A stretch of DNA of 64,000 bases, taken from assembly GCA_051362555.1 (NCBI GenBank), contig CM120646.1:2728001-2792000 (forward strand), given 5' to 3'. The translations under genes and the position numbers were made by a program. This DNA comes from Lingula anatina. Taxonomy: Eukaryota; Animalia; Brachiopoda. The stretch's first letter is position 1; every line of letters starts with the position of its first letter. Shown piece after piece: positions 62,866 to 64,000 of the stretch. Below the pieces are notes generated by a model. That model made no database searches, was not told the DNA's origin, and was given only the letters and a program-made list of their open reading frames with translations.

Positions 62866-63790
62866 TTATGGTTCTACTTCATCTATGTCTAACGCAGAGA
62901 AGACGTTGCCGTCACTGAAATCCTGTAAGTATACGAATGAAGGAAGTTTCATTATAAACAATTTTCAACATGAAGGCACAGGAAAGGAGGAGCGTTAGTG
63001 AATGGTGGACCCCCCTCCCAAATCCCCGGACGATCTACACTTTCTCTCTCTCTCTCATTAGTCATTTTTTTACCTCTCTGATCTCTGATGTCTTACCCTT
63101 TGCGTCTTTTCCTCAAACTTTGGCATCTCGTCTATCGACCTGGGCATGGGTCGTTCCCTGGTTCCTCTGCCTCTCCCCCGGGGGCCTCCACGACCTCTGT
63201 CACTGTAGCCCCGCCCACGGCCTCTTTCTGCGGAATCACCACGCCTCTGTCCCCAGTGTGAGCCACCAAAACCACGCTCCTCTCCCTCTGAAATGGGGTA
63301 AGCAACTTATCACAATCTACGGATTAAGGCAAACACCGGCAGCAAAGATATTTTTTAAAATTACATCACAGTGTTTAAAGTAAAAAGTATAAATTCTATT
63401 TATTAACTCTCTATCCAGGAAACTTATAAAAAGAAAATGAGCAAGATGTTTTAGCCTTTTGAGAGACATGTATAACTGTGATACTGGACGGTCCTTACAT
63501 TTGCAAATGACCTATGCTGCAGTTCCAACCTAAAGTAAGTTTTAATGTCAGAGTTATACACAGATCTCACTCTTATTCTACCGGATGACTAAAAGCATTC
63601 ACTGATTTATACTTTCTCTTTTGGAAGCGGAGTTGACCAAAAATATTTTAAAGAAGTGATATCATTCATTACCTTTCTTATACTGCTGATTCTGTGGTCC
63701 GTTCTGCTGTCTTTTGGTATCATTCATAGCGGGACGTCCAGCAGACCAGGCGTTAGGGGGAGGACCAGCGGCTGGTTTAGACTCAGAGGC
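62866..63790 (-). CDS. EIF4B: Last three coding exons of a probable translation initiation factor 4B (63790-63673, 63287-63097, 62922-62866); 5' part outside window
   Basis: In-phase splice gives PAAGPPPNAW, an RG/RGG-rich stretch and PRSIDEMPKFEEKTQRDFSDGNVFSALDIDEVEP*, resembling my recollection of eIF4B C-termini; the RRM is not in the window. Confidence 0.55.
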
Positions 63791-64000
63791 CTGGAATAAA
63801 ACAGGAGTGATAGTGCCATTTAGTGAAAAAAGTCTGGAAATATGGCCTTGGGGTTTAGAACACCCTCTGCAGCGATCTCGAATATAATACTTTTGGCACC
63901 CAAAAAGATAGAAATCTGAGGATAATCTGAAAAATCTCAACTGATGAAAATAGAAGTTAATTGCTGGATGATACCTGTTTTTATTTGTAACTGGTATGTC

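Noticed and set aside
63545-63610. Possible intronic C/D snoRNA in the eIF4B-like gene
   Set aside because: A CTGA box is present on the minus strand but there is no convincing RTGATGA C box or recognisable guide

Overview
AT-rich, intron-containing animal genomic DNA, most likely a lophotrochozoan marine invertebrate (inferred from gene style, not provable here). From left to right: the last two exons of a C-type lectin (+); a 5-exon secreted protein of unknown family (-); a tandem triplication (about 4.2-22.9 kb) of three intronless RING/B-box/coiled-coil/NHL TRIM genes, each with an orphan exon fragment and a copy of a chitinase tail exon; a 10-exon GH18 chitinase (-) ending in a transmembrane helix and a long signalling-type tail; nine tRNA-Ala copies (3 inside chitinase introns); an 18-exon astacin metalloprotease with an EGF-like and 17 ShK domains (-); and the 3' end of a probable eIF4B gene (-). 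Mobile DNA includes a young 2.5-kb LTR element carrying only an acidic ORF, a 5.4-kb non-coding element with 1.4-kb inverted arms, Harbinger-type MITEs (one a tandem trimer), a SINE and an RTE tail. Exon structures were assembled by hand from GT-AG sites and phase; no database searches were run.
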